Source: Macrostomum lignano (lineage: Eukaryota). Taken from it: DNA of 64,000 nt. The translations under genes were made by a program, and so were the position numbers. This document shows, in pieces, positions 58,901 to 64,000 of the stretch; the first letter of the stretch is position 1; the number at the start of each line of letters is the position of its first letter. Under the pieces are notes generated by a model. That model worked only from the letters and a program-made list of their open reading frames with translations, searched no databases and was not told where the DNA came from. The stretch is taken from positions 64,435-128,434 of the forward strand of contig NIVC01002483.1 in the NCBI GenBank assembly GCA_002269645.1, given 5' to 3'.

Positions 58901-59490
58901 AGCTGTCATATTTAATTGCAAGACACTATTGACAACAAGTAAAAAAGTAGACAATTTACTATTTTCAAACCTTAATTTCGAGTGACATTTACGGATCAGT
59001 TACTAGTCATTCTAGTATGTGGTTATGGTCATGACATACTCGAACAAGTTGTACTACGACACCATGTCCATTTTTTTGCAGAAAGACCAAACAACTACAT
59101 TGAGCTATTGAGGCAGCTAGCCCACAAAGAGATGGAGAAATGTGAAGTGTGAACATGGCTTATAAAATTTTGCAAAACAAGGCTGAAAGAAACTGCAACA
59201 GCCCAATCATGAGAACGAAACATGAAACAAACAAAAGCAATTTGCTTGACCATTTAGCCAAGGATTTAATTATTAACTATGCACCGCTTCAATGGTACAT
59301 ATGAATACTACTAAAAACAAGAGAAAGTGAGATCCAATTAAACATCAAACAGCACAAGCAAGTTTAAGTTTTAACAATTTTCTGATCTCATCAGCTTCAG
59401 TACAACAGAGGAGCTAAACCAACTAACACAGTTTAATGCATATTAACAAGTTAATACGGACTTGTAAACTTAGTCTTGCAATTTAAGCCG

Positions 59491-62400
59491 TTAGATTGGG
59501 GCATCAGATCGGGAAGCCGCTTTGCTTGCAGGTGAGACGACTACCCGGACAGGTCGGAACTGACCTTTCACAAACAGTCGAGATCCTGACAATGAGTAAA
59601 AACAATCCTAGGATAGGTAAAGCACAAAAATATGTGAATGAAAATATGCAATATAATGCAATGATTTTCAACAATATAACCACTAATTTTTTTCTTTATT
59701 CAATGTAATAAGAAAAAAACAAATCTAACTAATACCCAAATTAGCCTGTTAGGATATTACTAAATCAGAAATGCTAGCACGTAAGACATTTCTTTACCTT
59801 GGTCTTGAAGATTTCCCTTAGAAGGCAGTTGATCGGATCCTTGTAGGACAGTGACGTGACTTTTACTTGTTGAAGGAATCGATGCAACAGTAGACAAAGA
59901 TGCACGAAGACCTTGAGCGGGGTCTTTCGTTTCATGACTCACTTCAATTGTAGGCTTAAGGATCCTCACCATTGCTGAAGGACCCAAGATTTTGCTCTTA
60001 TGAAATCTCGGGCATGGAAAAACTGATTCAGACGTCCTGTGAAATTGTTTTGTCAAACTTCCTACACGAGGCAGAACATTAACTCTGAATACAGATGTCG
60101 GGGCATCACGCTCAACAAACTGGGTTTGAGTTTCGGGAGCACTCTTGCTAACAGACGCATTAAGCGGCGAAGCTTTCGTCTCGCTTACTGGAGTTACGAC
60201 AGAACTTGTCTGCTTAAACAACTGCGATGCCGATTGTGTCTGATCTATTGAAATTGACACAGATTTTGACTCACCAACTAAATACCGAGGTGACTTTTCA
60301 GCGTGCAAAGAAGTCAAAGGATTGGCCTTGCGCCGAGAAGTGCGAATAGCCGGCACTGTAATCGAAGCTGAGTCATTAAAATCTAAATTAGCATCATAAA
60401 AAGAAAGGTCGGCTTCTTCACTGGTGTCTGAAAAGCATTCAGAAGCTTTTGAAATTGTTTCTACTCGCGAAACTTCGGGAACTTTAGTAGCAGAGCTCTG
60501 GAGACGATAACCGGCTCTAGGAGTTACAAAACGAACTCTGGAGGCGCATTTTTTTCGCTGAAGCTGTTCAGGACTGCTAACAAACTGTTGTTCTTCCTCT
60601 GAAGCTGGAATTTCAATTGGCTCGCTCTTTACACTTATATTCGATGACTCAAGCGAAAACGAAGCTATAGCAGATGATTCTGAGACAGTCGATGTACTAG
60701 TTGGTGCACTGATTTTTATCATGCCAGTCTCTACCACTGGACATGTTTCGGAAGTTCGATCTGCAGGTTTGGTGTCTCGACGATTGAGGCCAGGCTTTTC
60801 AGTCGAATCAGCTATGCCATTGGAGGAAAAAGAGGACGACTTTACCAATCTTTGATTTTGCTTTGCTCGTTCGCTTCCGTTCTAGAAAAGTGAACTTTTT
60901 AAGGCTTCGGTGGATCTCTTGAACATCGTCTCTACGAATCTCACACTCGTCTTGCTCAGAGAGATGGTCGTCGGTCATTTCGTCCGTGTCTGATGATGAA
61001 TTCTGCTCGATCTGTTGATTCGGCTGCTGCTGCTCAGTATGCGTACGACTCCTCTTTTCACTGAAGGTGTACTCGTGAAACATGCGGAAAAAGAATTCGT
61101 TGACTTCTATAAGTGTAGTACTCGATGACGTTCTTGTTGAAAGCTCAAACGACTCTTTGAGGTGAGGATTGATAATTCTTCCAAGAATAACAGAATTGTC
61201 CATAACATGGCTCGTCATTTTTCCACTATAGTGGACGTCAAAATACTCAGGTGACACTCCAAGCGAGTTGCAGAGCTCTGACTTAATCACACACGGTGCT
61301 CCTTTCACCCATGATCATCTAGCAAACTTAAAGATAAATCGTTGGAAGTTTTCTTTCAGAATGGATAATTCGAATCTTTGATGATTCATAACGCAAACAG
61401 TAGTCTGAAATTGGCCTTAGAAACTCCGATATCTCTGTAGAGGTAGACAAGTCCATCGCACAGAAACCTTTTGCGTTTTTGGTCGTGAGATCAGCACCAA
61501 AGTCAACGAGACTTTTAACTAAAGGAAGATTCGACTGCAAAACAGCCTCGTGGAGCAGTGTGTTACCTGATACTGGAAAGGTTTCGCTGCTTGAAGCACC
61601 AGCAGACAGCAGCAACGATGCAGCTTTGCTGTTACCATTTCGGCATGCTAACATTAGCGGTGTCAAACCTTCATTATCCTTGCAGTCGAGGTCATCGTTT
61701 TCCTTGTAAACATTGACAACAAAATTTAGGGTTGCCTCATCAGTAGTATCCATGGCAATATGCAGGGAAGAACGGCCAAAGTGGTCTACCGTTGGCTCTT
61801 CAGTTCCTCGTCGGAAGGAGGCTGCGACTAAAGGGTCAAGCTGCTTTGGTTTAATATGTTTATGCGCTCTGGGCTCTTTGTTAACAAATTTTGGTGGTTG
61901 AACTTGAAAGCCTTGGACAGCACGCAAATGGCGAAACTTGGAGCGTCGTTTGTCACGAATCTGACGTCGAATACGGTTTGAATGCTTTTTAGACGAAAAT
62001 ATTTCATTTGAAATTAGCATGCGCGAAGTCTCTTTTCTGACAGCTGACTTAGACTTAGGAGGCATAGACTTCTGGACTTCAGTTAAATTATCTGCCAGCA
62101 AGGAATCCGGCCTCAAGCAGTCTTTTTGACGGATTTGACTCTGAGCCAGAAGGGCGTGCTGGTAAAGAGCTGCAATCTTTGTAGATTCGCGCTTGTCAGG
62201 GATGTTGGCAAAAGCGCAAAAGCCAGTCGAATCTGACAATCGCTTTAGCTCTGCGGGAGTACTTTGCATTGACTTAGTCTTTTTATCTGTGGCAGTCTGC
62301 GCTTTAAGTGCGACCGAAGTCTGAGACTTACCCGAGGGCTGCTGAGCGATACAAGCGCGATGAAATAAATCTTGCAAGGAACCCCAAGTTGATGGTGCAG

Positions 62401-63648
62401 AGCTCCGAAATGATAAGACTTTGTCACTAAGTGGCGGAGCCATTGAATCAATTGCTGAAATTTTCACAACTGGCTGCATTGAACAAAAGCAAAGTGAGCG
62501 TGATTGCTCCGTGCCACCTTGGTTAGTTGTGCTAGAACCGGAATTTTTTTCTGTGGAGGCTTGAGATTGTGAAACAGGCGCCGATACACCTTGATTTGCT
62601 TGTGTAGCACCATAGCTAGTTGAATTTCGACCACACGAGTCTGAATCGCTGTCATCATTTGAATGATTAGTGGTCTCTCGACGAACTGAACTGGAGCAGG
62701 AGACGATGACAACCCTTTGAGGCTTTGATTCACGAGAGAGCGTCTTAATGACAAGCTTTACTGGAGGCTTTTCGCGTTTGGATTCATCAGGAGGGTTTTC
62801 CCTGATTGATGGACAATCTTGCTTTTCAACAGTCAATGAATTAAATCTCAGTTCCGCCTTAGTGGTTGCTTGCTTCTTGAAATCGATGTTCAGACTTGAC
62901 TTCAGAACGTGTGGTCCGAATGACTTTGAGCCAGTTCAGGGGGCAACCTTGGCTGAACAGCAGGTTTAGGCAGCTTCCGCACAAGTTCTTCCGGAACGCT
63001 AACAGACGATTTCCACTTGTGATAAGTCGATGTTGACTGAGACACAGAAAACTCAATTTTAGAAGGTTTCAGTGTTGTCTTCGGTTTCTTCATGAATGAA
63101 ACACCATCTTCAGTTTCCTGGTCAATAGCCGAACTGAAGCTTTCAACCGCCGAGATGATATTGAGTGCATCTAGACTGGACTCAGAGTCTTCTGCACAAA
63201 ATTCATCAGTTTCAACATGCGAGTCACTTGCAGAAGCTCCAGCGCAGTTTCGCAAAACTGTCGTTGATTCAGTTTGACTGATTGGCGCTACTGGCGGTGA
63301 GGTTTGCACTGCTGCTAAATCTGAACTTCCCGAAACAGTGCGAGACTCAAAACATTCTTTTTGCTGTGCAAGCGTTGTATTCATAATAGCTGACATGTCA
63401 AGCTGTGACTGATAAGTACTTCCATACTCCTCTGACAAAAAGTGAATCACATCTTGGCCAAAAACGTCCCTAGAGGGATGAGAATCTGCGTTACAGACGT
63501 TGTGGTCGTTATCTGGTTTTTCACACTGTGTATCTGCAGGACTAGTGTGATCAGTACGATCCAGCTCCTCTGCACCACTCAGCTTTCTTTGAACGGCGGA
63601 ATTGTGGACGTCAGAAACTTTACGTTCGACTGAGCTCGTTCCCATAAC
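59491..63648 (-). CDS. Large Ser-rich ankyrin-repeat protein, possibly BCOR-like (ANK x3 + PUFD-like); frame broken at three sites, so either assembly indels or a pseudogene
   Basis: Long exon 63648-59798 (acceptor ctttag|, donor CAAG|gtaaag) and terminal exon 59585-59491 (GSRLFVKG...DAPI*). Consecutive ORFs 62902-63645, 61328-62836, 60808-61308 and 59760-60848 overlap or nearly abut in different frames. ANK repeats GRSSLHIA, GLTPLMLAC, GNTLLHEAV, GFCAMDL. An upstream exon may lie outside the window. Confidence 0.75.
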
Positions 63649-64000
63649 CTAAAGTATTAAAGCGGGTAGTTTTTTCTGAAGATATTTTTGTACGGAATTC
63701 CGAGAATCCATATAATTAAGCCATAAAGTCGATCACTGCCACCCTTGGCTGTCCCTAGTAATTCACAGGCCAATTTACATTGCAGAACCCAAATTATTAA
63801 AAAAATATTATACATTAGATTAGCACTTAGTAACAAACATGCATGGAAGTCAATACATCAACACAATCTTTTGTCTTTGGACGATTCTTACAGTTCGGAT
63901 GGAAATAAGACTATATGATGTTTCATAAACTGGAAATCTAATTATCTATCAAATAATTGAAGTACTGGATAAGAAGGAAAACTTATATTTTGTTCTTATT

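Noticed and set aside
60890-60905. Programmed -1 ribosomal frameshift at CTT AAA AAG
   Set aside because: It is not a proper X XXY YYZ heptamer in frame, and several such events would be needed; sequencing error is simpler.

Overview
Eukaryotic (metazoan) genomic DNA with GT-AG introns. GC-rich exons sit among very dense micro- and minisatellites, a style suggesting a flatworm such as Macrostomum (inference, not verified). I rebuilt five protein-coding genes by hand, all on the minus strand, with phase-consistent splice junctions: (1) the 5' part of a cyclic-nucleotide-binding-domain protein running off the left edge; (2) a 645-aa type I membrane protein (signal peptide, 3x TSP1, 2x Ig, TM) whose third intron holds a 6.7-kb 14-bp satellite; (3) a 551-aa EVA-1/EVA1C-like receptor (2 divergent SUEL lectin domains, TM); (4) a 425-aa casein kinase I gamma; (5) a large ankyrin-repeat protein with a possible BCOR-type PUFD domain, broken by frameshifts near homopolymer runs. 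Mobile DNA: two nested hAT MITEs with perfect 8-bp TSDs, a third hAT MITE, and two SINE-like elements. Roughly 45-50% of bases 1-54,000 are tandem repeats, nearly all private to one intron or UTR; the last 10 kb are AT-rich and repeat-free. Best leads: a CK1-gamma intron array in which each 21-bp unit is a TACTAAC branch point plus 3' splice site, followed by an in-frame stop; a possible antisense small gene starting MGCAS and overlapping the EVA-like gene; a TMEM81/IZUMO-like adhesion protein possibly co-transcribed with the CNBD gene. No CRISPR arrays, rRNA or intact tRNA genes were found.
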